64,000 nucleotides of DNA from an uncultured Gammaproteobacteria bacterium (GTDB lineage Bacteria; Pseudomonadota; Gammaproteobacteria; JASBUN01). This document shows, piece after piece, positions 10,392 to 20,357 of the stretch. A program made the position numbers and the translations under genes. The notes under the pieces are model-generated. The model had not been told where the DNA came from, ran no database searches, and saw nothing but the letters and a program-made list of their open reading frames with translations. The stretch spans positions 361,397 to 425,396 of the forward strand of contig CAWKIK010000003.1 of NCBI GenBank assembly GCA_963849825.1, read 5' to 3'. Position 1 is the first letter of the stretch; each line of letters starts with the position of its first letter.

Positions 10392-10928
10392 CTACCAGAC
10401 GCACGCAACTGCCGCCAACGCCAGGCCCAGCGCTCCGCCTGCCAGTACGTCGCTCGGATAATGCAGGCCCAGCACGACCCGCGACATCGCCACCAGGAGC
10501 GTGAAAGGCACCAAGAGCCAAGCCAACTCAGCAAAGTGTGATACGGCCACCGCGCTGAACGACACTGCGTGTAACGTGTGGCCTGACGGAAAACTGTACA
10601 AGTCAAGGGAGGCGGTCGCCTGACGGATGACGGCGTGACGAATATACGGACGTTGCCGGATCAGCTTCGATTTGAGCGCCTTGTAGATCCCCAAGCCCAG
10701 TGCGCCTATCAAAATCATGCGCAGGCTCACCGGTACGGCGCCGGGGCCGTAGTACAGCGGCAGAGCCGCGATCAACGCATACCAGAAGACGCCGTTCCCG
10801 AGCCGGCTCACGACTACGAACAGCAACTCGATCAGGCGCCCTTGACAGACCCGGTTGCAGCGCAGGCACAGGGACAATTCGAGCGTGTCCATGTAGGCAA
10901 AGATCGAAACGCTGTTGTCTGCAGCCAT
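10392..10928 (-). CDS. PAP2-family (type 2 phosphatidic acid/lipid) phosphatase, membrane protein
   Basis: PAP2 motifs KxxxxxxRP (KSKLIRQRP), PSGH (SFPSGHT) and SRxxxxxHxxxD (SRVVLGLHYPSD). It lies 59 bp upstream of the GT4 gene on the same strand. Confidence 0.8.
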   Translation of the reverse strand: MAADNSVSIFAYMDTLELSLCLRCNRVCQGRLIELLFVVVSRLGNGVFWYALIAALPLYYGPGAVPVSLRMILIGALGLGIYKALKSKLIRQRPYIRHAVIRQATASLDLYSFPSGHTLHAVSFSAVAVSHFAELAWLLVPFTLLVAMSRVVLGLHYPSDVLAGGALGLALAAVACVW

Positions 10929-11027
10929 GCTTCGCGCTCGTTTACCGAAGACATGGCCACTGTGCCCCGCGATCGCGAAAACGGTGTGACAGCGCGATTA
11001 CGGATTGATGAAGAGCCGCCCCAGCGC

Positions 11028-11849
11028 CTAGCGGAAAAACATTTGGTACAAAGTCAGCAGGATTTCAGCGACGATCAGAATGACGATATACCACTCGACC
11101 CTCAGGCTGCGCTTGGACTGCAATAGGCTGAGCAGCGTTTCCGCCGTTCGAGCAATGAGCTCGAGCTTTCTTTCCAGAGCGATGTGACGCTCGCGCAATT
11201 CATATTCGTCTTCCAGCCGCATATACAACCGTTCGAGCTCCGGGTGTTCCCACAGCACTTCTGGCTTTTCCAAAACTTCTACGCGGCCAACGGTCTTGCT
11301 GTGGATCAACAAAGTGTTGCCGATATGGCGCAGCAATTCGCGTCCCTGGTGACGCCCCTTGCCGCCGCGTTGCAGATCCGCCGCAAGCGGCTCGATGCGA
11401 TCGAAGCTTTGCGCGAGGCTGGACTCGTAATATGCGAGCACCACGCTTTTCGCCAACACGTCCGCCACCAATTGCAAACGCTCGACGGTGAACTTGTGCA
11501 AGAACAGTTGCGTCTGTTCAACCCGCTCCGAATGACTCGGATCGGCGACGATCGTGATGACTTCGTATTCGGGTTGCGGAAAAGGCTCGACCACCAACCG
11601 TTTGAGGTCGTCTAGAAACGCTACCTCCTCGATGGCATCCATTCCGAAAAACACCACCACGCCGTAGCGGAACAACACCGCTGCGCCGCTGCTGCCGGCG
11701 GCCACCAAGAGCGGCGCCGTAGCCAACCGCTCGGTCTGTTCGAGGGCGCGCAAATCCAACCTCTGGCCGAGAAAAAGCGCCCGCGCGCCAATGCGGGTGT
11801 GGGTGCCGAACAAGGGAGTTTCCATCTGCATTTCCTGACGTTTATTCAT
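11028..11849 (-). CDS. RMD1/DUF155 family protein
   Basis: FRYGVVVFFGM core and a C-terminal TM helix (VEWYIVILIVAEILLTLYQMF). The start was chosen at MNKRQEM. Confidence 0.6.
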   Translation of the reverse strand: MNKRQEMQMETPLFGTHTRIGARALFLGQRLDLRALEQTERLATAPLLVAAGSSGAAVLFRYGVVVFFGMDAIEEVAFLDDLKRLVVEPFPQPEYEVITIVADPSHSERVEQTQLFLHKFTVERLQLVADVLAKSVVLAYYESSLAQSFDRIEPLAADLQRGGKGRHQGRELLRHIGNTLLIHSKTVGRVEVLEKPEVLWEHPELERLYMRLEDEYELRERHIALERKLELIARTAETLLSLLQSKRSLRVEWYIVILIVAEILLTLYQMFFR

Positions 11850-12035
11850 TGATCTTGGCGCCTGTCCCATTGCAGCGCATCGCGACGCGCAGCGCAACCG
11901 AAGCGCAGTCGCGTCCATCGGTTTTGGTGATGGGAACGAATCAATTAATTCACTTTTAATCCCGCGCCGCTGGCGCTAAATAGGCGCCGTGGCTGGCGCC
12001 ACGTCTCGCGCACAGTTCTTAAGGAGGACTCCAAC

Positions 12036-12299
12036 ATGATCAAGCGCACCCTGACCATCTCCGCGCTGGCCGCCATTCCGGCTATTGCTAGCGCATCCTT
12101 ACCTAATTGGCCTCAAGGCAGCATGGACGAGAAGGACCCCCGCGTCGGGGCGTTCTATCAGGCCCAGTGCGCCGCCTGGTCCGACCAGGCAGGCCGCAAA
12201 GGGGAAGACCGCCAGAAGTACCAGAATTGGTGTGTCGAGCAAATGGCTTCCCTGCGTCCTGTGGGTTTTGAGGAAGACAAGGGCGGCGGCGACGAATAA
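12036..12299 (+). CDS. Small secreted hypothetical protein
   Basis: AAGGAGG lies upstream. The N-terminal signal peptide is MIKRTLTISALAAIPAIASA. Length is 87 aa. Confidence 0.55.
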   Translation: MIKRTLTISALAAIPAIASASLPNWPQGSMDEKDPRVGAFYQAQCAAWSDQAGRKGEDRQKYQNWCVEQMASLRPVGFEEDKGGGDE

Positions 12300-12307
12300 T
12301 CGGCGCC

Positions 12308-12334
12308 GGGCCGGGCCGCAGAGCGGCCCGGCTC
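12308..12334. terminator. GC-rich hairpin between convergent genes (possible bidirectional terminator)
   Basis: Perfect 8-bp stem CCGGGCCG / CGGCCCGG with a 5-nt loop, extendable by 2-3 pairs. There is no T-run. Confidence 0.35.
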
Positions 12335-12356
12335 CCCCTACCCGACCAGCGGCATG

Positions 12357-13376
12357 TCAGCGCCGCGCTACGACGACGGACTCCCGTCCGCCGGAAAACG
12401 TATAAATCCTGGTCTGCATCGCCCGCTGCTCGAACTGCGCCTGGATCTCCTCCGGTTGCAGGAGATGATTGCCCTGTACATGCTCGGCGAGATTCTGAAA
12501 CGCCATGGTCCGGTAAGCGGGATCGCGCAATTGCGCCCGCTCCGCCGGCCACCGGGGCTCCCATATCACGGCGACGCCGCCCGGACGCAGGCACCGGTGC
12601 AAAATATCGAACACCTCCGTGCCGCTTTCCCACACGTGGTGCAGTGCACGGTTCATGGCGATCAGATCGACCGGTTCATCGACGGTGAAGTCGTGTAAAT
12701 CGCCTTGCCGAAACCTCAAACGCTCGTCCAAGCCGTCGGCGTGGGCGCCCGCGCGTGCTTGTTCGACGTTCTCGGGCATCGCATCGAGCCCTATACCACG
12801 CAGGCTGGGGAACCGCCGCAGCATGTGGCGCAGGTACCAGCCATTGCCGCAACCCAGATCGACCGCCAAACCGGCACGACTGTCCATCTCCGCGAACTCT
12901 TCCACCCCGGGCAAAATCTCCCGTTCCAACAGCGGCACGAAGTTGGCTTCCAACATCGGGCCGAACCACGGCAACAAGCTGTCGCGTTCGCCGAGCACCC
13001 GCTCGCCGGGACGTTCGCCCCCAAGAGCCAGGCTCGATGCGCGCTCTGCCATATGCGCCGACAGAATCGCTTGCACCGCGAACGGCATGAAGGTACCGGA
13101 TACATCGGGCAGGAACTGGCGACCGAGGTCGCTGAGGGCAAAACAGCCCGGCTCGGCTTCGTCGACCAACTCGAACCCGAACGCCACATCGCACCAACGT
13201 GTCAGGTAGCCGAGATCGCGACCTGTCGCAGTTGCCAACTGCTCTGCGGTCGCAGTGCCGTCGTCGGCCAGTGCCTGCAGGGCTCCGGTCGATAGCCCCA
13301 TGTATGCAGTGTCGAGCAACAGCGCACCCTGCACATTGGAAACCATCTGTTGCCGGAAATCCGCTTCTCTAGTCAT
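12357..13376 (-). CDS. Class I SAM-dependent methyltransferase (O-methyltransferase-like, with an N-terminal winged-helix/dimerisation region)
   Basis: SAM motif I VDLGCGNGWY and an acidic loop, in a 339-aa architecture like small-molecule O-methyltransferases. Confidence 0.75.
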   Translation of the reverse strand: MTREADFRQQMVSNVQGALLLDTAYMGLSTGALQALADDGTATAEQLATATGRDLGYLTRWCDVAFGFELVDEAEPGCFALSDLGRQFLPDVSGTFMPFAVQAILSAHMAERASSLALGGERPGERVLGERDSLLPWFGPMLEANFVPLLEREILPGVEEFAEMDSRAGLAVDLGCGNGWYLRHMLRRFPSLRGIGLDAMPENVEQARAGAHADGLDERLRFRQGDLHDFTVDEPVDLIAMNRALHHVWESGTEVFDILHRCLRPGGVAVIWEPRWPAERAQLRDPAYRTMAFQNLAEHVQGNHLLQPEEIQAQFEQRAMQTRIYTFSGGRESVVVARR

Positions 13377-13423
13377 TGTGAAGTTGACTCCTCTATTCGT
13401 TTTGGTCGCTTTGATTCACGCAA

Positions 13424-13452
13424 TTGTAATGTCGATGTCCGCTGGTTGTAAC
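13424..13452 (+). promoter_or_regulatory. Pho-box-like triple direct repeat upstream of the PlcP-like gene
   Basis: TTGTAAT-gtcg-ATGTCCG-ctgg-TTGTAAC. These are three 7-mers phased exactly 11 bp apart and resemble CTGTCAT-N4-CTGTCAT. The element ends 46 bp before the ATG at 13498. Confidence 0.3.
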
Positions 13453-13497
13453 AAGCATCGGCAACCATGACCGCGAACTTTCCTGGGGAGTCGCGCC

Positions 13498-14322
13498 ATG
13501 AGTCCGATCCATCCGATGCGACCGCTCCGATACCGCGCAATCTGGATCTCGGATCTGCATCTGGGTTCGAAGGCCTGCAAAGCCGAATTCGTACTCGACT
13601 TTCTCAAGTCTACCGAATCGGAATTCCTCTATCTCGTGGGCGACATCGTCGACTTCTGGTCCATCGATCGAGCGGGCCTACATTGGCCGCAAGCGCATAA
13701 CGACGTGATCCGCACCATACTCGGCAAGGCGAAACGCGGCACCCAGGTCGTGTATGTCCCGGGCAACCACGACGACCCGGTACGCGATTACCACGGCTCC
13801 GCCTTCGGCAACGTAGTCGTTCGCTGCCAGCACCTGCATGTGACCGCAGATGGCAAACGTCTGTTGATCATCCACGGCGATCAGTTCGACGCCATCATCC
13901 AGTGCAGCCGCCTCGCAAAGATCTGCGGTAGTTACGCCTACGATCTGCTGCTGTGGACGAACCGCTGGGTCAACCGCGCCCGCCGCCGCCTGGGTTTCCC
14001 CTATTGGTCCCTTGCAGCGTACTTGAAAGTCCGGTTGTCTAAAGCCACGCGCCATATGCGGGCGTTCGAAGACGCCGTCACCCAAGAAGCCAGACGCCAG
14101 GGGGTGGACGGTGTGGTCTGCGGTCACATTCACCGCGCAGAAATACGTCGCCACGACGGGATCCTGTACTGCAACGACGGCGACTGGGTGGAGAGCTGCA
14201 CGGCGCTGGCGGAAGACTTTCGCGGCCGCCTGCACCTGCTGCACTGGTCCGATCGCAAGCAAACCGTGAAATCCAGCGCTTGCGGAGTAGCGCAGTCTGA
14301 CACCGGCAACCTCGCGGCATGA
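13498..14322 (+). CDS. LpxH-like metallophosphoesterase, candidate phospholipase C PlcP
   Basis: Calcineurin-like motifs ISDLHLG, VGDIVD, VPGNHDD, IIHGDQFD and VCGHIHRAE. A GGGGAG Shine-Dalgarno is present. The stop overlaps the downstream glycosyltransferase start (ATGA). Confidence 0.7.
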   Translation: MSPIHPMRPLRYRAIWISDLHLGSKACKAEFVLDFLKSTESEFLYLVGDIVDFWSIDRAGLHWPQAHNDVIRTILGKAKRGTQVVYVPGNHDDPVRDYHGSAFGNVVVRCQHLHVTADGKRLLIIHGDQFDAIIQCSRLAKICGSYAYDLLLWTNRWVNRARRRLGFPYWSLAAYLKVRLSKATRHMRAFEDAVTQEARRQGVDGVVCGHIHRAEIRRHDGILYCNDGDWVESCTALAEDFRGRLHLLHWSDRKQTVKSSACGVAQSDTGNLAA

Positions 14323-15338
14323 GAATCGCGCTCGCCACGGACGCCTGGTACCCGCAAACCAATGGCGTGGTTCGCAGCCTGGACCAGACCGCGCGCAACC
14401 TGAGGTCGCTGGGCCACGAATTGCTGCTGGTGACGCCCCAAGGCTTCCGCAGCCTGCCGCTACCGACCTATCCGGATATCCGTTTGGCGCTCGTGAACGG
14501 ACGTCGCGTGCGAACGCTGTTGCGGGAATTCGATCCTCATGCCGTGCATATCGCCACCGAAGGGCCCCTAGGGCTCGCCGCTCGAGCCTATTGTGTGCGC
14601 AGTCAGGTTCCGTTCACGACTTCCTATCACACTCAGTTCCCGCAATATGTGCGCATGCGCGTGCCAATTCCGCTTTCCTGGTCATACGCTTACCTACGCT
14701 GGTTCCACGGCGCCGCCCAACGCACTTTGGTCGCCACGCCATCCATGCGACGTGAACTTGAACAACGGGGATTCGAACACCTGGCGATCTGGTCACGCGG
14801 CGTGGATACGGTGCTGTTCCGCCCCGGCGACAAATCCTTCCTCGACGGACCCCGGCCCATCGCCATGTACGTGGGAAGAGTCGCAGTGGAAAAAAATATC
14901 GAAACCTTCCTGGACCTGGACCTGCCCGGCAGCAAGTATGTAGTTGGCGACGGCCCCGACCGCTCGTCCCTGCAGCAACGTTATCCCGAGGTGCACTTTA
15001 CCGGCTTCAAATACGGCGAAGAGCTAGCCAAACACCTGGCTGCCGCGGATGTGTTTGTTTTTCCGAGCCGAACCGATACTTTCGGACTGGTCATGCTGGA
15101 AGCCATGTCCTGCGCCGTGCCGGTCGCGGCATATCCGGTCACCGGTCCGGTAGATATGATTCAAGACGGCATCACCGGCGCCCTGGATCCGGACTTGCGC
15201 AGTGCGGTGCTGCGGGCGTTGAAACTGGACGGCGGTCCTGCCAGACGCTATGCGCTCCGACACTCCTGGGCAGCGAGTACCCAGCAGTTCCTCGCCAATC
15301 TGGCCGTCGAAGGCGCATACGCAGTCACCGCAAACTAA
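14319..15338 (+). CDS. Glycosyltransferase family 4 (candidate diacylglycerol glycosyltransferase, Agt-like)
   Basis: N-terminus MRIALATDAWYPQTNGVVRSL and the C-terminal GT-B motif FPSRTDTFGLVMLEAMSCAVPVAA. It is translationally coupled to the PlcP-like gene. Confidence 0.8.
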   Translation: MRIALATDAWYPQTNGVVRSLDQTARNLRSLGHELLLVTPQGFRSLPLPTYPDIRLALVNGRRVRTLLREFDPHAVHIATEGPLGLAARAYCVRSQVPFTTSYHTQFPQYVRMRVPIPLSWSYAYLRWFHGAAQRTLVATPSMRRELEQRGFEHLAIWSRGVDTVLFRPGDKSFLDGPRPIAMYVGRVAVEKNIETFLDLDLPGSKYVVGDGPDRSSLQQRYPEVHFTGFKYGEELAKHLAAADVFVFPSRTDTFGLVMLEAMSCAVPVAAYPVTGPVDMIQDGITGALDPDLRSAVLRALKLDGGPARRYALRHSWAASTQQFLANLAVEGAYAVTAN

Positions 15339-16075
15339 CGGTTTTCCAGCATATGCAGCAACGAGGCCGCGTCGGCCGGCGCGTGTCCGTTGGCCGTATT
15401 GTCGAAGTAAAAGTGCACTTCACGGTTCTCCCGTAGCCATTGCAGTGCCCGCTGCGCCCATTTGCGCAACGAGCGCTTCGCGTACCCGGAGGCGTAGGTG
15501 CGGGTGTGGCCGTGCAGACGCACGTACACCAGATCGGTGCTCACTGCATCCCACATCGGCCAGTCCGCGGCGTCCGACATGCACGCCGCCACCCGGTAGT
15601 GCTGCAAACAGTCACACACCGTGTCATCGAACCAACTACAGTGGCGGAACTCGATGACATGCCGCACTCGCCGCCAGTGCCGAAGCGCTTTGAGAAAATT
15701 CGCCAGACGTTCGTCGTCGCGGCGGAAATTGCCCGGCAATTGCCAGACCACCACTTGCAGACTGGCGCCGAGGCCACGGCTGCTATCGCGCTCGCGGCGG
15801 ATCGGCTCCAACGGATCGAGCAGGCGCTTGTTGTGGGTGAGGTAGCGGTTGCCTTTCATGGTAAAACGAAAATCATCCGGCACCTGTTGGCGCCATTTGC
15901 GGAAAGTTTCGGCACGTTGGCTTCCATAGAACGTCGCATTGATTTCCACCGCCGGGAAGTGGGACGCATTGACACGCAACCAGTCCTTGCGCGGCACGTC
16001 TCGATAAAAGCTATCCCGCCATTCTGGGTAGTTCCAGCCGCTGGTACCTATATAGGCGCTCGCCACCATTATCAC
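15335..16075 (-). CDS. DUF72 (YecE-like) domain protein
   Basis: N-terminal IGTSGWNYPEWRDSFY and the overall DUF72 pattern. Length is 246 aa. Confidence 0.8.
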   Translation of the reverse strand: MIMVASAYIGTSGWNYPEWRDSFYRDVPRKDWLRVNASHFPAVEINATFYGSQRAETFRKWRQQVPDDFRFTMKGNRYLTHNKRLLDPLEPIRRERDSSRGLGASLQVVVWQLPGNFRRDDERLANFLKALRHWRRVRHVIEFRHCSWFDDTVCDCLQHYRVAACMSDAADWPMWDAVSTDLVYVRLHGHTRTYASGYAKRSLRKWAQRALQWLRENREVHFYFDNTANGHAPADAASLLHMLENR

Positions 16076-16174
16076 CGGTCCTCGGTTGCCTGTCCGTTAC
16101 ACCTACTATAATGGCGACTCGGGCGCGCGCAGCAACGCTCGTCAGCGCCCCCGGCAACCCCAGAGGTACGCGAG

Positions 16175-16861
16175 GTGAAAGACAAGCGAAACCCGGATTC
16201 AGCCCTCGAACGGATGTTGCATGAAATCAAGGCTGAAGCGCGCGCCACCTTCCGCTTTACCGGCAGCAAGACGTTTTCCTCCAAAGTCATGGCCGCGATG
16301 CGCAGTGTACCTCGCCACCGCTTCGTACCGGCGGAGCTACGCGCAAACGCTTACGACAATCGTCCGCTGCCGATCGGCCACGGGCAGACCATCTCCCAAC
16401 CCTATATCGTTGCGCTGATGAGCGACTTATTGGCACTGCAACCGCAACACCGGGTACTGGAGATCGGCACCGGGTGCGGATATCAGACCGCGGTGCTCGC
16501 TACCCTGGCCGCGGAAGTCTACAGCATCGAAATCGTGCAGCCACTGGCAGAGATTGCAGCCAAGCGATTGCAGGAACTGGGATACCAGAATGTACGAACC
16601 CGGGTTGGCGACGGTTTTTACGGCTGGCCCGAACATGCGCCCTATGACGGAATCATCGTGACCGCCGCTGGGCCGGAGGTGCCCTATGCGCTCACTGAAC
16701 AATTGAAGCCGGGCGGCCGCATGGTGATTCCCATCGGCACGCCCTACTCCAGCCAGAATCTGTTGCTGCTCGAGAAAGACCAGCACGGCGAGATCACAGA
16801 ACGCACCGTGCTGGCGGTTGCATTCGTGCCCCTAACCGGCGCCCACGATCAGCGCAACTAG
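16175..16861 (+). CDS. pcm: Protein-L-isoaspartate O-methyltransferase
   Basis: VPRHRFVP, GHGQTISQPYIVALM and SAM motif VLEIGTGCGYQTAVLA. The start is GTG at 16175; an alternative ATG is at 16214. Confidence 0.9.
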   Translation: MKDKRNPDSALERMLHEIKAEARATFRFTGSKTFSSKVMAAMRSVPRHRFVPAELRANAYDNRPLPIGHGQTISQPYIVALMSDLLALQPQHRVLEIGTGCGYQTAVLATLAAEVYSIEIVQPLAEIAAKRLQELGYQNVRTRVGDGFYGWPEHAPYDGIIVTAAGPEVPYALTEQLKPGGRMVIPIGTPYSSQNLLLLEKDQHGEITERTVLAVAFVPLTGAHDQRN

Positions 16862-16900
16862 CCTTCCGAAGATCGGTCCGGGTGGGTACGGACCGGCCGC

Positions 16901-17896
16901 TTACAAACTGTTGCGCAGCATCAGTTCCTGCGGATGCGGATTCAGATACACCTGGCTGTCGAGGTAGGGATCGGGGTGGCGGCGCAGATGATGCTTGAGC
17001 AGGGTGATGGGCACGATCAGCGGCACCAGACCCGTACGATAAGCATCGATCAATTCCGAAAGTTCGGCTTTATCGGCGCTGTCGAGGAAGCGCTTGAGAT
17101 ACCCCATGACGTGCATCAGCACATTGGCGTGGCGTCGGCGCGTCGCCCGCTGTGCGAGCGCGGCCATCAAGGTCTGCGCGTAGCGATCGCAAAGTTGGGC
17201 CAAATCGAGTTCGCCCGCCTGGGCGACCAGCCGCCCCAATTCCCGATAGCGCTGCTCGTCATGGGCCAGAACGCTGAATTTGTGCCGGGTATGGAAATCC
17301 ACCAACCCCGCCGGTGTCACACCGTGCGCCACCAGGGTCTGCCAACGGAAATAGATGAATACCCGCTCGATGAAATTTTCCCGCAGCACCGGGTCCATGA
17401 GACGTCCTTCCTCTTCCACGGGCATGAGCGGCAGACGCTGCGTCAATGCCTCCGCGTAAAGCCCGCGGCCGTTGCTGTGCGGCATTGCCGACGCCCCATA
17501 GACTTTGACCCGCTCAAGTCCGCAGCTCGGAGATCCTTTCTTGAAAATGTAACCGGAGAGCTCAGGATTCTCATCGGCAATGCGGTGTCCGTACGCCAGC
17601 AGCGGCGCGCTGACGTCCAGAGACTCGTCGCGCACGCCCACCGCGCAAACCCGATCGCCGCGCCGCTCGAGCCGGATCGGCGGACGTGGGATGCCCAGTC
17701 CGATTGCCACTTCCGGGCAGAAGGGCACGAACTCGAAATGTTGCGCCAAAGTCTGAGTAATGTAGCCGTTGTGCTTGTGGCCGCCGTCGTAACGCACTTG
17801 TTCGCCCAGCAAGCACGAACTGACGCCGATTCGGATAGGACCTGCCGAAGCTGTTGCATTCACCGTCATGGGAAAAGCATGGCACGGTTCCGGCAC
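16901..17896 (-). CDS. DUF523 (TudS/YbbK-like) plus DUF1722 (YbgA-like) fusion protein
   Basis: The N-terminus has IGVSSCLLGEQVRYDGGHK ... FCPEV ... GSPSCG. The C-terminal half is YbgA-like, ending in LNPHPQEL. Confidence 0.7.
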   Translation of the reverse strand: MPEPCHAFPMTVNATASAGPIRIGVSSCLLGEQVRYDGGHKHNGYITQTLAQHFEFVPFCPEVAIGLGIPRPPIRLERRGDRVCAVGVRDESLDVSAPLLAYGHRIADENPELSGYIFKKGSPSCGLERVKVYGASAMPHSNGRGLYAEALTQRLPLMPVEEEGRLMDPVLRENFIERVFIYFRWQTLVAHGVTPAGLVDFHTRHKFSVLAHDEQRYRELGRLVAQAGELDLAQLCDRYAQTLMAALAQRATRRRHANVLMHVMGYLKRFLDSADKAELSELIDAYRTGLVPLIVPITLLKHHLRRHPDPYLDSQVYLNPHPQELMLRNSL

Positions 17897-17932
17897 CCGC
17901 GAAAGTGTGCCGGCGCGGACCCGAACCGCGGC

Positions 17933-20215
17933 TCAGGAATTCGAACGGGGAAAGTGCGAATGGAATACCATCGACGATGGCGCAAACATAGGGCTGCCCC
18001 CGTGGCTGCGCAGCCAGTCGCTGCATTGTGCGGCAAGCATCGGTCTGGCGAACAGATAACCTTGCGCTTCGTCGCAGCCCTGACGCCGTAGAAAGTCGAG
18101 CTGGTCCTGGGTTTCAACGCCTTCCGCCACCACGCCGCAACTCAAGCCATGCGCCATGGCCACGATCGCCGTGGTCAATTCGGCATCGTCGCCACCAGCC
18201 GGCACGCCGTCCACGAAAGTACGGTCGATTTTGAGGGTATCGATAGGCAAGCGTTTCAAATAACCCAACGAAGAATAACCGGTACCGAAATCGTCGATGG
18301 AAATACGCACGCCAAGTTCGCGCAACCGTTTCAGGGTCGTATGCACCAGTTCGGTGTTGTCCACGAACACGCGCTCCGTCAGCTCCAACTCCAGAAACTG
18401 CGCCTGCAATTCTGCGTTTCGCAGCGCCTGCACCACCGCGTCCGCGAGTCGGCCGCGCCCGATCTGACGCGAAGACACATTGACCGCGACCCGCAAACCT
18501 TCGAAACCCGCATCGTGCCAGCGGCGGATTTGCATGCACGCCTGCTCCAACACCCAGTCCCCGATCGGCACAATCAATCCGGTTTCTTCAGCCACCGGAA
18601 TGAACTCAGCGGGACCGACGTTTTTGCCACTCGCACATTGCCAGCGCAGCAAAGCCTCCAGCGCGACGATACGGCCGCTACGCAAATCGACGATGGGTTG
18701 ATAGGCAAGCGTGAATTCACGGCGTTCCAATGCGTGCCGCAACCTTCCCTCAAGCGCCACCCGCTGCGCTGCACGCGCTGTCATTTCGGGCGAGTAAAAC
18801 TTGTAACCGTGGCCGCCGGTATTCTTGGCTTGGTACATCGCGGTGTCGGCATGCTTCAGCAGGTCGTCGATGTCGCTGGCGTCGTCCGGATAAACGGCAA
18901 TGCCGATGCTGGCCGAAACATATACGTCGGTACCGCCGATCTGGGTCACCTGGGCACCGTAATTCAGCAAGCGCTCGGCGATCGGCGCCAAACCTTCCGG
19001 TGTATCCACTTCGGTCAACAGGATGATGAATTCGTCGCCTCCCAGGCGGGCGATGCTATCGCTATCGCGGACCACGCTGCGGAAACGTTCGGCCATCACG
19101 CGGATCAGGCGATCGCCCATGGGGTGGCCGAGACTGTCGTTGACGTCTTTGAATCGGTCCAGATCCAACAGCATCACCGCCATGCGGCGATGGTCCCGCT
19201 GTGCCTGTGCCAATGCCTGTTGAAAGCGGTCGCGGAACAGAACCCGGTTGGCGAGCCCCGTGAGGCTGTCGTAGTAGGCCAACCGGTTGAGCCGTTCCTG
19301 GGCTTCATGCCGCTGTTCGACTTCGCCGCGCAAACGGCGGGTGTTTTCGACCAGTTCGCGCGTCCTCACTTTAACTTGTCGCCGCAACAGCAAGTTCATG
19401 CTCAACATCAACATCACCACACCCAGCGCTGCGCCGCCCGCCCACAGAACCCAATCCGGCATTCTGCTGTTCGGTCGCCCCGTCAGCCAGCGCTCCAACG
19501 ACTGGCGGTATAGCGAGTTGGGGTCCGATTTCAGTGCCGCGAGCTTACGGTCCAACGCGCGAATGATCGTCGAGGGCGCGCCTTTGGGCGCCGCGAAACG
19601 TACCTCCACCGGATTGAAGATCACCGCCGTGGGGAAAGCCCGGTAACCGTCACCGTTTTGAACGCTGAAAATACGGTTGATGACCCCGGCGTCGGCGCGA
19701 CCGGCCTGCAAAGCGCTGAGCACTTCAGGATAGCTGGACACGAACACGGGCTCGAATTCCAGTTGGAATTGCGCCATCAGTTTTTCGAAGGCGAGGGAAT
19801 GAATACTGCCGCTCATCAGGGCAACGCGGCGGCCGCGTAAATCCAGCAAGGATGCAACTTCGACCCCGGGTGCGCGATAGACGATGCCCCAGTTGCTGAC
19901 CAAGGTCTGATCGGTAAAATGCATGCGTTCCGCACGGTCGGGCGAATACGCGACACCAACCAGCAGGTCCAGCTGGCCGTTTGCCAATCGCGCCAGCAAC
20001 TCCTGCCACGAGCCGCCTTCGTACTGCAGCCGCCATCCTTCGTCGCGTGCCGTTGCCTGCAGCACATCGATGGCCAAACCCGCCCACGCCCCGGTAGGCG
20101 CTTCAAATACGATCGGCTTATTGGAGAACACCCCGACTTTGACGGTTTCGGACGCGGACGTCACCGTCGTGGCCAGCACCATCAGCGCCAGCATGTATCC
20201 GATGCGGGCCCACAT
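17933..20215 (-). CDS. Periplasmic solute-binding (SBP family 3) domain - TM - GGDEF - EAL signalling protein
   Basis: The start at MWARIGYML has AAGGAG upstream. There is a signal peptide followed by an SBP_bac_3-like domain and then a TM helix. The GGDEF domain is intact and has an I-site ([14 protein letters not shown]). EAL motifs are EALLRW and [10 protein letters not shown]. Confidence 0.85.
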   Translation of the reverse strand: MWARIGYMLALMVLATTVTSASETVKVGVFSNKPIVFEAPTGAWAGLAIDVLQATARDEGWRLQYEGGSWQELLARLANGQLDLLVGVAYSPDRAERMHFTDQTLVSNWGIVYRAPGVEVASLLDLRGRRVALMSGSIHSLAFEKLMAQFQLEFEPVFVSSYPEVLSALQAGRADAGVINRIFSVQNGDGYRAFPTAVIFNPVEVRFAAPKGAPSTIIRALDRKLAALKSDPNSLYRQSLERWLTGRPNSRMPDWVLWAGGAALGVVMLMLSMNLLLRRQVKVRTRELVENTRRLRGEVEQRHEAQERLNRLAYYDSLTGLANRVLFRDRFQQALAQAQRDHRRMAVMLLDLDRFKDVNDSLGHPMGDRLIRVMAERFRSVVRDSDSIARLGGDEFIILLTEVDTPEGLAPIAERLLNYGAQVTQIGGTDVYVSASIGIAVYPDDASDIDDLLKHADTAMYQAKNTGGHGYKFYSPEMTARAAQRVALEGRLRHALERREFTLAYQPIVDLRSGRIVALEALLRWQCASGKNVGPAEFIPVAEETGLIVPIGDWVLEQACMQIRRWHDAGFEGLRVAVNVSSRQIGRGRLADAVVQALRNAELQAQFLELELTERVFVDNTELVHTTLKRLRELGVRISIDDFGTGYSSLGYLKRLPIDTLKIDRTFVDGVPAGGDDAELTTAIVAMAHGLSCGVVAEGVETQDQLDFLRRQGCDEAQGYLFARPMLAAQCSDWLRSHGGSPMFAPSSMVFHSHFPRSNS

Positions 20216-20357
20216 GGAAAACTCCTTGCTCAATTCTGTAACCTCGAGCGCCATGCACCAGGCGCGCGCACCGAAGACTAGCGGCGGCGACGAACGTGCC
20301 CATAGCAAAACAATGTAAACAATCGTCCCAGAATTCACCGACGCTGGAACACGATGG

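Noticed and set aside
20216-20357. Search for a RES-domain toxin downstream of the DUF2384 antitoxin-like gene
   Set aside because: Only about 140 bp are available before the next gene, and there is no ORF of suitable size on either strand.
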